From assembly GCF_009914755.1 (NCBI RefSeq), contig NC_060937.1: 64,000 bases of DNA. One strand, given 5' to 3'. Made by a program: the position numbers and the translations under genes. This document shows positions 48,425 through 62,900 of the stretch, in pieces (position 1 is the stretch's first letter; the number at the start of each line of letters is the position of its first letter). Below the pieces are notes generated by a model. It did no database searches. It was not told the origin of the DNA and saw only the letters and a list, made by a program, of their open reading frames with translations. The stretch is from the human T2T-CHM13v2.0 reference genome, Homo sapiens.

Positions 48425-49095
48425 CTGTCAGTAATTGCCAAAGCATATCATTCATTCCCTGACTTAGCCAACAAATATTTAAACAATTATTATGTGCCAG
48501 TCACTGTTGATCATCAATAATATTTTGCTTAAAATGAGCCAATTATTTTGGAGACTCTAGTTTCATTTCAGGAACATCATTTTAATCTGCTCTGCCCAAG
48601 AACCATCTCAGTGAAATCATGTGCCCAAATATAAAGCTGATACTAATTTTCAAAATGTCCTATCAGTAGATATATATCTTACATAACAAGTTTTGGGGGG
48701 ATCATAACAAAATTTTATCCTTTTTCTCTCTCTCTCTTTTTTCCTAAAATATCTACCTCTACCCATAGGGAAAGAGACAACCCTATTCCCTTTCCTGAGT
48801 CATTACAACTTCTTTGCCAGACTTCTTTCTCCAACTCACTCTGCACTTCCACACCTACCCCTTGTCCAACCTCCCTCAAATCCCAAGAAACATATTCACA
48901 TCTGATCATTCAAAGCCAGACTGTATGCTATCTGCAAGTGCTTCTTATATTTTCCTTCCATCCTCCAGGCAAACCAAGACCCTGGGGAGGCAGAGAAGCC
49001 CTCCTTTTGTCTCCCATTTCTTCAGCTATATAAGTAATTGTCATTGAGGAGACTTTTAAAACCAAACCAGCTTCATTTTAAATATATATATATAT

Positions 49096-49551
49096 TTTTG
49101 TTGTTGTTGTCGTTGTTATACTTTAAGTTCTAGGGTACATGTGCACAATGTGCAAGTTTGTTGCATATGTATACATGTCCCATGTTGGTGTGCTGCACCC
49201 ATTAACTCGTCATTTACATTAGGTATATATCCTAATCCTATCCCTCTCCCCTCTCCCCACCCCATAACAGGCCCCAGTATGTGATGTTCCCCTTCCTGTG
49301 TCCAAGTGTTCTCATTGTTCAATTCCCACCTATGAGGGAGAACATGAGGCATTTTCTTTTTTTGTCCCTGTGATAGCTTGCTGAGAATGATGGTTTCCAG
49401 CTTCATCCATGTCCTTACAAAGGACATGAACTCATCCTTTTTTATGGCTGCATAGTATTCCACGGTGTATATGTGCCACATTTTCTTAATCCAGTCTATC
49501 ACTGAAGGACATTTGGGTTGGTTCCAAGTCTTTGCTATTGTGAATAGTGCA
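49096..49551 (-). mobile_element. L1PA (about PA4-5) 3' end, fused directly to the GC-rich satellite at its truncated end
   Basis: L1 ORF2 C-terminus (ALFTIAKTWNQPKCPS...) and 3'UTR with a (CAA)n-decayed tail. Breaks at gtgaatagtgc|agggggg. Confidence 0.93.
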
Positions 49552-49625
49552 GGGGGGTGAGGCACCCCCTGCGATGCGGGAAGTAAGAGCCAGCCCCTCT
49601 CCCACCCCTGGCTCTTAGGAACCCC

Positions 49626-50227
49626 ATCATGACCTCGTGTTTCTGTGGCTTTCTAGTTTTGTCTTTTTTTTTTTTTTTCTCAGTCCTTTAGACGCCCAGC
49701 TGCACAACTTGATTGCCTTACAAATGACCTGCTTCCAGGATGCGGAAATTCCTAGTTTCTTCTGTGACCCTTCTCAACTCCCCCATCTTGCATGTTGTGA
49801 CACCTTCACCAATAACATAATCATGTATTTGCCTGCTGCCATATTTGGTTTTCTTCCCATCTCGGGGACCCTTTTCTCTTACTATAAAATTGTTTCCTCC
49901 ATTCTGAGGGTTTCATCATCACGTGGGAAGTATAAGGCCTTCTCCACCTGTGGGTCTCACCTGTCAGTTGTTTGCTGATTTTACGGAACAGGCTTTGGAG
50001 GGTACCTCAGTTCAGATGTGTCATCTTCCCCGAGAAAGGCTGCAGTGGCCTCAGTGATGTACACGGTGATCACCTCCATGCTGAACCCCTTCATCTACAG
50101 CCTGAGAAACAGGGATATTAAAGGTGTCCTGCGGCAGCCGCACGGCAGCACCGTCCAATTTCAGTATCTTCTTATCTGTTCCATTCCTTTTGTAGTGTGG
50201 GTTAAAAAAGGCAGCAAGGTCAAATAA
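49626..50227 (+). pseudogene. OR7E: OR7E-family olfactory receptor pseudogene, 5' half missing (TM4-TM7 only); possibly OR7E104P (recalled, unverified)
   Basis: FFCDPSQLPHLACCDT, SYYKIVSSIL, KAFSTCGSHLSVVC* (stop at 49976-49978), [25 protein letters not shown], and a polyT expansion in TM4. Confidence 0.93.
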
Positions 50228-52740
50228 GAATGATATCACAGGGTGAACACACAATGTGATATTAGGAGTAATACCTCCCTAGGATATAGAATATACTGTC
50301 ACAGAGTATACACAGATGGGGTACACCCACTGTGATATTAGAAGCAATATCTCCCTAAAGTATGAGGAAAAATATCACAGGGTGTGCACACTGTGTGATA
50401 TGAGGAGTAATATTTACCCTGGATATTACGACTAACATCAAGGGTGTACACACACGGGGTACACACACTGATATCAGGAGTTGTATCTTCCTAGGATATT
50501 ATGAATACTATCACAGGGTATATACTATGTGTGTACATCCACTGTGATATTTGAAGTAATATCTCTCTATGAGATTGCAAATAACATCAAAGCATGTACA
50601 CCCCTGTGATACATTAGGAGTAACATCCTTCTAGGGTATTACAGATCACATCACAGCGTGTACACCTCTGTGACGTTTTGTACACACTTTGTGACATTAA
50701 AAGAAACATCCCCCTAGGATATTATGAATAATAACACAGGAGGGTTACACACATGGTGTACACCGCCTGTGTCATCAGGAGTAACATTCCCCTAGGATAT
50801 TATGAATAATATCACAGCAGGTGTACACACATGGAGTACACCCCATGTGACATTCGGAAGAGCATGCCCCTAGGATATTAGGAATAGTATCACAGGTGTT
50901 GAATATGCATTTTTAATATGTAATGTCACCCCCGGTGACAATAAAAATAACATCCCCCTTGGATATTATGAATAATATGACAGGGAGTACACCCCGTGTG
51001 ACATTAGGAATAACATCCCCCAAGGATATAACGAACAATATCAGAGGGTGTACATACATTGTGACCTTAGTAGTAACATCTCTTTAGCATATTACAAATA
51101 GTATCACAGGGTGTACAGGCATTGTGACATTAGTAGTAACATTCCGCTGGGATATGACGAGTCATATCACAGGGTGTACACCCCCGTGACAATAGTAGCA
51201 ACATTCCCCTAGAATATTAGGAACCATATCACAGGAGGTACAGCCCCTGTGATTTACAAGTAACATGTCTATAGAATGTTACAACTCATATCACTGTGTG
51301 ACTCTGTGTACACCCCGTGTGACTTTAGGAGTAACATCCCACAAAACTATGATGAAAAATATCACAGGGTGAACACCCCCTGTGACCTGAGGAATAACGT
51401 AGTTTTAGGATATTATGAATGATGTGACAAGGTGTACACACCCTGTGACGTTAGGAGCAATATCCGTCGGGGATGTTAGGAAGAATATCACACGGAACAC
51501 ACCCCCTGTGACATTGCGATATGACAAATAATATCACAAGGCGTACACACATCATGACATTAGTGCTAATATTCCTCTGGTACACTATGAATAATATCAC
51601 AGGGTGTACATCCCTGTGACATTAGGAGTAACATCCCCCTAGAATAGTAAGAATAATAACAGGGGGTGTACACCCCCTGTGACATGAGGAGTATCATCTC
51701 ACTAGAATATTACGAATAATGTCACAGGGTGTTATCGTCTGTGCCAATAGGAGTATAGACCCCTGGGAAATTATGAATACTATCACAGGGTGCACAGCCC
51801 TGTGACATTAGGAGTAACATCTTTCTAGAATATCACAAATAATAGCACAATGTGTACACCCCGTGTCATTAAAAGTAAAATTGCCCTAGGATATTACGAA
51901 ATAGAACACAGGGAGTACACCCCGGGTGACATTAGAAGTAACATCCCCCGAGGATATAACCAGTAAGATCAGAGAATGTACCTGCATTGGGACATCAGTA
52001 GTAACATCTCTTCAGGACAATACAAATAATATCAAAGGGTGTACACACATTGTGAAATTAGTAGTGAACTCCCGCTAGGATATTAGGAATTTTATGACAG
52101 GGTCTACAGGCCCTATGACATTAGCAGTAACGTTTTCCTAGAAGATTACGAAGAATATTAAAGGGTGTACAGGACCTCTGAATTACGAGTAACATTTCCA
52201 TAGCATATTGCACGTAACATCACGGTGTGTACACGCCGTGTGACATTAGGGGTAACATCCCACAAAATTATAACGAATAATTTCACAAGCTGTGCGCCCT
52301 CTGTGACATTAAAAGTAACATTTCCCTAGAATATGACGACAATACCACGGAGTGTACACCCTCTGTGATATGAGGAGTGACATCTTATGAGGATAATATG
52401 AGTAATTTCACAAGGTGTACAAACCCTGTGACATAAGGGGTGACATCCCTCTAGGACATTATGGATAATATCAAAAGGAACATACCCCGTGTCACAATAA
52501 ATGCAACCTCCCCTTAGGAGAATAAGAATAACACCACAAGGTGTACACACAATGTGACATTATTATTAAGGTAAAGCTAGGATATTGGGAATAACATCAC
52601 AGTGTACAGAGTCCTGTGACATCAGGTTTAACATTCCCCTACAAAATTACGAATAATATTGAAGGGTGTATACCCCCTGCGACGTTAGAAGCCGCATCTT
52701 GCTAGAATATGGAAGATAATGTTCCAGGGTGTGAACCGAG
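50228..52740. repeat. SATR1/SATR2-family satellite, AT-richer ~63-bp units (roughly 39 copies)
   Basis: Recurring ggagtaacatccccctaggatattacgaataatatcacagggtgtacacccctgtgacatta. Confidence 0.9.
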
Positions 52741-52774
52741 GGTGGCAGTATAGAAAGGACCCTAGGAAAAATCC

Positions 52775-53510
52775 GGGAGTAATATCACCACCCTATGGCC
52801 CCCTGTATATGACCATCCACATCGCAGGGGGGCAGGTGCCCCCCGCGATGCAGGGAGTAATATCACCGGCCTCTAACCCTCTGGATATTACGATCCACAT
52901 CGCAGTGGGGCGGGCGACCCCCAGCCACGCGAGGAGTAATATCACCCACCTTTCACACTCTGGATAAGACGATCCACATCGCAGGGGGGCGGGCGCCACC
53001 CGCGAGGCAGGCAGTCATATCACCCCCCTCTCGCCCTGTGGATATGACGATCCCCATCGCAGGGGAGTAAGAGCCAGCCCCTCTTCCGCCCCCGGCTCTC
53101 AGGGCCCCCATCGCAGGGGGAGAGGCACCCCCCACGAGGCAGGGACTGAGAGCCAGCCCCTCATCCCCCCCGGCTCTCAGGACCCCCATCGCAGGGGAGG
53201 GAGGCACCCCCCACGAGGCAGGGACTGAGAGCCAGCCCCTCTTCCCCCCTGGCTCTCAAGACCCCAATCGCAGGGGGGGAGGCACCCCCAACAAGGCAGG
53301 GACCGAGAGCCAGCCCCTCTCCCCCCCTGGCTCTGAGGGCCCCCATCGCAGGAGGGGGAGGCACCCCCCACGAGGCGGGGACTCAGAGGCAGCCCCCCTT
53401 CTGCCCCCGGCTCTTAGGGCCCCCATCGCAGGGCGGGGGAGGCACCCCCAGCGAGGTGGGGACTGAGAGCCAGCCCCTCATACCCCCCTGGCTTAGGACC
53501 CCCATCGCGG
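52775..53510. repeat. Transitional then GC-rich ~78-79-bp SATR-derived tandem repeat
   Basis: gagagccagcccc recurs at 53148, 53227 and 53306. The same unit also occurs at 49552-49625, 54228-54690, 55399-55460, 56063-56520 and 57126-57192. Confidence 0.9.
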
Positions 53511-53530
53511 ATCCTAAGAACCTTAGGACC

Positions 53531-54227
53531 CACCTGGAGGACTGTGGGTATTAGGTGTCCAAGAAGAAAGCTCAAATCTGCCGAGGGCAGGTACCTTACT
53601 TGGGATTTACTGTCCGACAGGGGTCCAAACGCAGCCCGGGAACAGAAAGAAAGCAGGTCATTTGCAGTCTACCGGAGCCTAAGGGCAGAAGGCAGGTGAG
53701 GGAATTCTTAGGGGCTGTGGGGTTTTGTAGACTCTGCATCCCAAACTTTGCAGTATTAGCCAAGCCTTTGTATGAGGTCACAAAGGGGGCAGGTGAGGGA
53801 ATTCTTAGGGGCTGTGCAGTTTTGTAGACTGTGCATCCCAAACTTTGCAGTAGTAGCCAAGCCTTTGTATGAGGTCACAAAGGGGGCGGGCACCGGGAAC
53901 CTTTGGAATGGGGATCCCAAGAACAGCAAGTCTTTCATGACTTAAAGGAAAAACTTCTGGCAGCCCCAGCCCTGGGGCTACCCGATCTGACAAAGCCTTT
54001 GCCATTGTATGCGTTAGAGAGAGAAAAGATGGCAGCTGGACTTTTAACCCAAACTGTGGGGCCCTGGCTGAGGCCGGTGGCCTACGTCTCTGAACAACTA
54101 GACAGGGTTTCTAAAGGATGGCCTCCCTGTTTGAGGGCCTTGGCAGCAACTGCCCTGCTAGTACAAGAAGCAAATAAGCTGACTCTTTGGCAAAACCTGA
54201 ACATAAAGGCCCCCCAATTTGAGGTGG
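53531..54227 (+). mobile_element. HERV-E-like pol fragment, copy 1 (RT thumb/connection; 97-bp internal duplication)
   Basis: HLEDCGY*VSKKKAQIC...YLGF...[13 protein letters not shown]...APALGLPDLTKP...RPVAY...GWPPCLRALAA, a gammaretroviral pol. Confidence 0.88.
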
Positions 54228-54698
54228 CTGAGAGCCAGCCCCTTTTCCCCCCGTGGCTCTTGGGACCCCCATCGCAGGGGGGGGTGGCACCCCCTGCGAG
54301 GCGGGGACTGAAAGCCAGCCCCTCTTCCGCCACAGGCTCTTAGGAACCCCATCGCAGGGAGGGAGGCACCCCCCGTGTGGCGGGGACTGAGAGCCAGCCC
54401 CTCACCCCCACCGGCTCTCAGGACCCCCATCGCAGGGCGGGGAGGCACCCCCCACGAGGCAGGGACCGAGAGCCAGCCCCTCTTCCCCCTCTGGCTCTTA
54501 GGACCACCATCGCAGGAGGGGGAGGCACCCCCCACCCCCCACGAGGCAGGGACTGAGAGCCAGCCCCACTTCCCCCCTGGCTCTTAGGGCCCCCATCGCA
54601 GGGGGGGGAGGCACCCCCGGCGAGGCGGGGACTGAGAGCCAGCCCCTCATCCCCCCCGGCTTAGGACCCCCATCGCAGATCCTAAGAACCTTAGGACC

Positions 54699-55397
54699 CA
54701 CCTGGAGGACTGTGGGTATTAGGTGTCCAAGAAGAAAGCTCAAATCTGCCGAGGGCAGGTACCTTACTTGGGATTTACTATCCGACAGGGGTCCAAACGC
54801 AGCCCGGGAACAGAAAGAAAGCAGGTCATTTGCAGTCTACCGGAGCCTAAGGGCAGAAGGCAGGTGAGGGAATTCTTAGGGGCTGTGGGGTTTTGTAGAC
54901 TCTGCATCCCAAATTTTGCATTATTAGCCAAGCCTTTGTATGAGGTCACAAAGGGGGCAGGTGAGGGAATTCTTAGGGGCTGTGGGGTTTTGTAGACTGT
55001 GCATCCCAAACTTTGCAGTATTAGCCAAGCCTTTGTATGAGGTCACAAAGGGGGCGGGGACCGGGAACCTTTGAAATGGGGATCCCAACAACAGCAAGTC
55101 TTTCATGAGTTAAAGGAAAAACTTCTGGCAGCCCCAGCCCTGGGGCTACCCGATCTGACCAAGCCTTTTCCATTGAATGCGTCAGATAGAGAAAAGATGG
55201 CAGCTGGACTTTTAACCGAAACTCTGGGACCCTGGCTGTGGCCGGTGGCCTACGTGTCTAAACAACTAGAGAGGGTTTCTAAAGGATGGCCCCTCATGTT
55301 TGAGGGCTGTGGTATCAACTGCCCTGATAGTACGAGAAGCAAATAAGCTGACTCTTGGGCAAAACCTGAACATAAAGGCCGCCCATTTTGGGTTGGG
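54699..55397 (+). mobile_element. HERV-E-like pol fragment, copy 2 (97-bp internal duplication)
   Basis: Same boundaries and peptides as copy 1, with a more diverged 3' half. Confidence 0.88.
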
Positions 55398-55464
55398 TGA
55401 CAGCCATCCCCTCTTCCCCCCCTGCCTTAGGACCCCCATCGCGGATCCTAAGATCTTTAGGACT

Positions 55465-56062
55465 CACCTGGAGGACTGTGGGTATTAGGTGTCCAAGAAG
55501 AAAGCTCAAATCTGCCGATGGCAGGTACCTTACTTGAGATTTACTCTCTGACAGGGGTCCGACGCCACCTGGGAACAGAAAGAAAGCAGGTTATTTGCAA
55601 TCTCCCGGAGCCTAAGGGCCGAAGGCAGGCGAGAGAATTCTCAGGGGCTGTGGGGTTTTGTAGATTGTGCATCCCAAACTTTGCAGTATTAGCCAAGCCT
55701 TTGTATGAGGTCACAAAGGGGGCGGGCACCGGGAACCTTTGGAATGGGGATCCCAAGAACAGCAAGTCTTTCATGACTTAAAGGAAAAACTTCTGGCAGC
55801 CCCAGCCCTGGGGCTACCCGATCTGACAAAGCCTTTGCCATTGTATGCGTTAGAGAGAGAAAAGATGGCAGCTGGACTTTTAACCCAAACTGTGGGGCCC
55901 TGGCTGAGGCCGGTGGCCTACGTCTCTGAACAACTAGATAGGGTTTCTAAAGGATGGCCTCCCTGTTTGAGGGCCTTGGCAGCAACTGCCCTGCTAGTAC
56001 AAGAAGCAAATAAGCTGACTCTTGGGCAAAACCTGAACATAAAGGCCCCCCATTTTGTGGTG
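55465..56062 (+). mobile_element. HERV-E-like pol fragment, copy 3
   Basis: Same boundaries, no internal duplication. Confidence 0.88.
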
Positions 56063-56528
56063 GCTGAGAGCCAGCCCCTTTTCCCCCCGTGGCTCTTGGG
56101 ACCCCCATCGCAGGGGGGGTGGCACCCCCTGCGAGGCGGGGACTGAGAGCCAGCCCCTCATCCGCCACAGGCTCTTAGGAACCCCATCGCAGGGGGGGAG
56201 GCCACCCCCCACGAGGCAGGGACTGAGAGCCAGCCCCTCTTCCCCCTCTGGCTCTTAGGGCCCCCATCCCAGGAGGGGGAGGCACCCCCCACGAGGCAGG
56301 GACGCAGAGGCAGCCCCTATTCTGCCCCCGGCTCTTAGGACCCCCATCGCAGGGGGGGAGACACCCCCCACGAGGCGGGGACTGAGAGCCAGCCCCTCTT
56401 CTCCCCCTGGCTCTTAGGACACCAATCGCAGGGGTGGGAGGCACCCCCAACGAGGCAGGGACTGAGAGCCAGCCCCTCGTCCCCCCCGGCATAGGACCCC
56501 CATCGCGGATCCTAAGAACCTTAGGACC

Positions 56529-57125
56529 CACTTGGAGGACTGTGGGTATTAGGTGTCCAAGAAGAAAGCTCAAATCTGCCGATGGCAGGTACCTTACTTA
56601 GGATTTACTATCTGACAGGAGTCCGAACGCAGCCCGGGAACAGAAAGAAAGCAGGTTATTTGCAATCTCCCGGAGCCTAAGTGCCTAAGGCAGGCGAGAG
56701 AATTCTCAGGGGATGTGGGGTTTTGTAGACTGTGGATCCCAAACTTTGCAGTATTAGCCAAGCCTTTGTATGAGGTCACAAAGGGGGCGGGGACCGGAAC
56801 CTTTGGAATGGGGATCCAAGAACAGCAAGTCTTTCATGACTTAAAGGAAAAACTTCTGGCAGCCCCAGCCCTGGGGCTACCCGATCTGACAAAGCCTTTT
56901 CCATTGTATGCGTTAGAGAGAGAAAAGATGGCAGCTGGACTTTTAACCCAAACTGTGGGGCCCTGGCTGAGGCCGGTGGCCTACGTCTCTGAACAACTAG
57001 ACAGGGTTTCTGAAGGATGGCTCCCCTGTTTGAGGCCTTGGCAGCAACTGCCCTGCTAGTACAAGAAGCAAATAAGCTGACTCTTGGGCAAAACCTGAAC
57101 ATAAAGGCCCCCCATTTTGTGGTGG
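56529..57125 (+). mobile_element. HERV-E-like pol fragment, copy 4
   Basis: Same boundaries, no internal duplication. Confidence 0.88.
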
Positions 57126-57194
57126 CTGAGAGCCATCCCCTTTTCCCCCCCTGGATCTTGGGACCCCCATTGCCGGGGAGGCACCACCCGTGAG

Positions 57195-57232
57195 AGTGCT
57201 GGGATTACAGACGTAAGCCACCGCGCCTGGCC
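57195..57232 (-). mobile_element. Alu 5' end stub (about 38 bp) fused to the satellite
   Basis: agtgctgggattacagacgtaagccaccgcgcctggcc directly after the last GC-rich unit. Confidence 0.85.
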
Positions 57233-57459
57233 AATAAATGTTAGCTTTTTAATAATGTATCTCTGGTAGTTGCCTGCTTCACTAGCCCTACACACACACA
57301 CACACACGTGCACCTGTGCAATTTTCCCTGGTCAGCATTGATGACAGTGAATAAGAAGAATAGATATACATTGTTTCATGAACCTTTGCAGTGTTTGAGG
57401 TTTTATAAAGGCACAGGTCCAGTTATACAGACTTGTGCCATCAAACTTGTGCAGCTTTA

Positions 57460-57630
<171 letters not shown>

Positions 57631-58536
57631 TTAAAAAAATAAAATGAGTGTTTTTAAAATTGTATTTTTAAATTGACAATAATTGTACACATTCATGGGG
57701 TACATAGTGGTGTTTCCATATACATAATGTATAGGGATTAGATCACATTAATTAGCATATTTATCATCTCAAGAGTATTCTTTTTAATGTGTCCTTTCCT
57801 CAAAGAGGAAATCAATATTCTGCTTGCTGGGGAGGGGGAAAGAGGCAGTTGCTATTTATTCTGTGCCCACTGATTTTTTCCCTAATCTAAATGAAAATAA
57901 TAAACCACATAATCTGTTTGAACCACAAAGATTCTTCCTTATAATATTGTTCCCTTCTCCCTCTGTCATTGCCATAAAAAGCTTGTTCCTTGCCATCTGA
58001 ATTCTCATAAAGCCCAGCTGGCCTTTGTCCTAACGCAGCAGATCTCAGCTTATTTCCCTTTCAGTGAATCAGATAACATCATCCTTTTTTACTGACTTTC
58101 GTACTTAGATTTATGAGTGACTTGGCAATGTGGTAATGTCTACCAATGAATGTCTTTTTTTTTTTTTTTTTAACCAAGAGGCATTTGTAAAAGCAGCTAA
58201 ATATAGTAATTGCTGGATTCATTTTTCCCTGCTTCCACATACTTTTAGCCAAGGAACTGTGCACTGTCAAGGGCATTGAGCAATAGACAGTATAATGATA
58301 TGCCTATATGACCTATTTATTTAGAATATTTAGAATCTCTAAACTTCAGTTTGTTCATTTGTAAAGTCTGCATAAGAGTATCCACTTCAATAGTATAATT
58401 ATAAAAATTAAAATAGCTAGTATGAATATTTAGTATGGAGCTAATTTTGCTTTAAACTACTGATTATCTTTCAAAGATATCTAAATAATAAGAAAGAAAG
58501 TCTTCCTATTCACCTATATGGAACCATGGATTGCTG

Positions 58537-58675
58537 GACCGGCATGGTGGCTCACACCAGTAATCTTAGCACTTTGGGAGGCTGAGGCAGGAGGATCACT
58601 TGAGCCCAGGAGTTCGAGACCAGGCTAGGCAACATAGAGAGACACCATCTCAAAAAAAAGAAAAGAAAAGGAAAA
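58537..58675 (+). mobile_element. FLAM_C / AluJ left monomer
   Basis: ggaggatcacttgagcccaggagttcgagacc with A tail. Confidence 0.85.
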
Positions 58676-58771
58676 ATAAAACCATGTATTTACCCATGGA
58701 GTCACCATTTCCAGTGCTGTCATTCATAGGTGAGGATGATGCAATTGACCCATTAAAAGACAAGGGCTTGG

Positions 58772-59676
<905 letters not shown>

Positions 59677-60392
59677 GACAACGACTTCAAGCTGCTTCAC
59701 CAGCAGTTATCTGTGTCTTTTGTTTTAGGGACAGCTCTGCAGATTTGGGGTAGCATGTGGCCAGGGAACCAAAGTAAATAGTTTGCAAAATGATCAAATT
59801 TGTCTTCCTGACATTATCAACGTCTAATTTAATGTTCATCTTTTGGTAATGTTCCAGAAAATAGATTAGACACTTTGGGAGTGATAGCAATTCTTAAGCA
59901 ACATTTTTTTTTCTATACTAAATATAATATGTGCATTGTACAATAGTTGGGATGGAAAAATATTCTAAATGTCTAAATCATATATAATCCTAAAACTTAT
60001 AACCATTATTAATATTTTGGTATATTTTCTTTTAGTCTTTTTTGCATATATGGATGCACAGTATATATGTTACACATACGCATATTAAAAAAATCATCTT
60101 ATCAAATATCTAGCTTTTAGAAACAACATTATAGCATCAGCAGCTTTATAATCACTAAATGTCTTTCAAAAAACCTGATTTTGAATGACTGTGTAATAGT
60201 CCATAATATGGCTGATCCACAATTTATTTAACCAACACTCACTGCTTAATAAAATTACCATTCCACCACATATGCCAGGGGTACGATTCACTTTTTATAC
60301 AAAAGAGTGGGCCAAGTTCTATTTATATAGTTGGAAACCAAGGGATACATTAATGGTTTAGATACTAGAAGTGTCAGATGTATAAAGAATGA

Positions 60393-61728
<1,336 letters not shown>

Positions 61729-62103
61729 ACTTGAAGGAGATAGATGATGCAGTGACTGATGTGTTTGCCTATGGTGATAAACAGTAAGTTTTACCTTGAT
61801 TCCTACATTTAGTTTTTCACTCACATGTTCCCAGCAGATCCTAAGAGGTAGCAGCCTTGTTGGTGAATGAGTTATTTGTTCATTCAATAGACTAAGTTCT
61901 CTGTGTTGCTATTTCCTTTGGCCACTCTGAGTTGTAGACAAATGAATTCTTATTAGAGATGAAATCTGTATTTAATTGTTGAATGAAAGGAATTTTCAAA
62001 TCAATTTAAATGTAAACTCTTCATATAAATCCAAACATACCTGGCTCTTCCTTTTATCTTCAAAAGTCAGTTGAGTTTTTTTTCATCAAAAATGTTGCAT
62101 AGG

Positions 62104-62715
<612 letters not shown>

Positions 62716-62900
62716 TATTGTTGCATAGTTTTGCCCTAAGCCAGCCACACTCACTAGCCTATTTCCTACTGACACTCACCCCTACAGACCCTTAACCCCA
62801 CCCACAGCTGTCAGCTCTGCCTGGCCCTTGAGGGGTGGGTTTATGAGAGACCTTCTGCTTACTGCTAGTCTCAGAATCTATGGTATTCATGGAATGCTGA

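Noticed and set aside
49637-50227. Intact olfactory receptor
   Set aside because: TM1-TM3 are absent, there is a stop in TM6 and a polyT indel in TM4.
53555-57059. Functional reverse transcriptase ORFs
   Set aside because: The fragments start after the YXDD motif, share a stop codon, carry frameshifts, and have no LTR or gag.
50228-57192. CRISPR-like array (palindromic repeats interleaved with viral sequence)
   Set aside because: Eukaryotic context, no cas genes, monomers contiguous and degenerate, and the viral inserts are four copies of one fragment rather than unique spacers.
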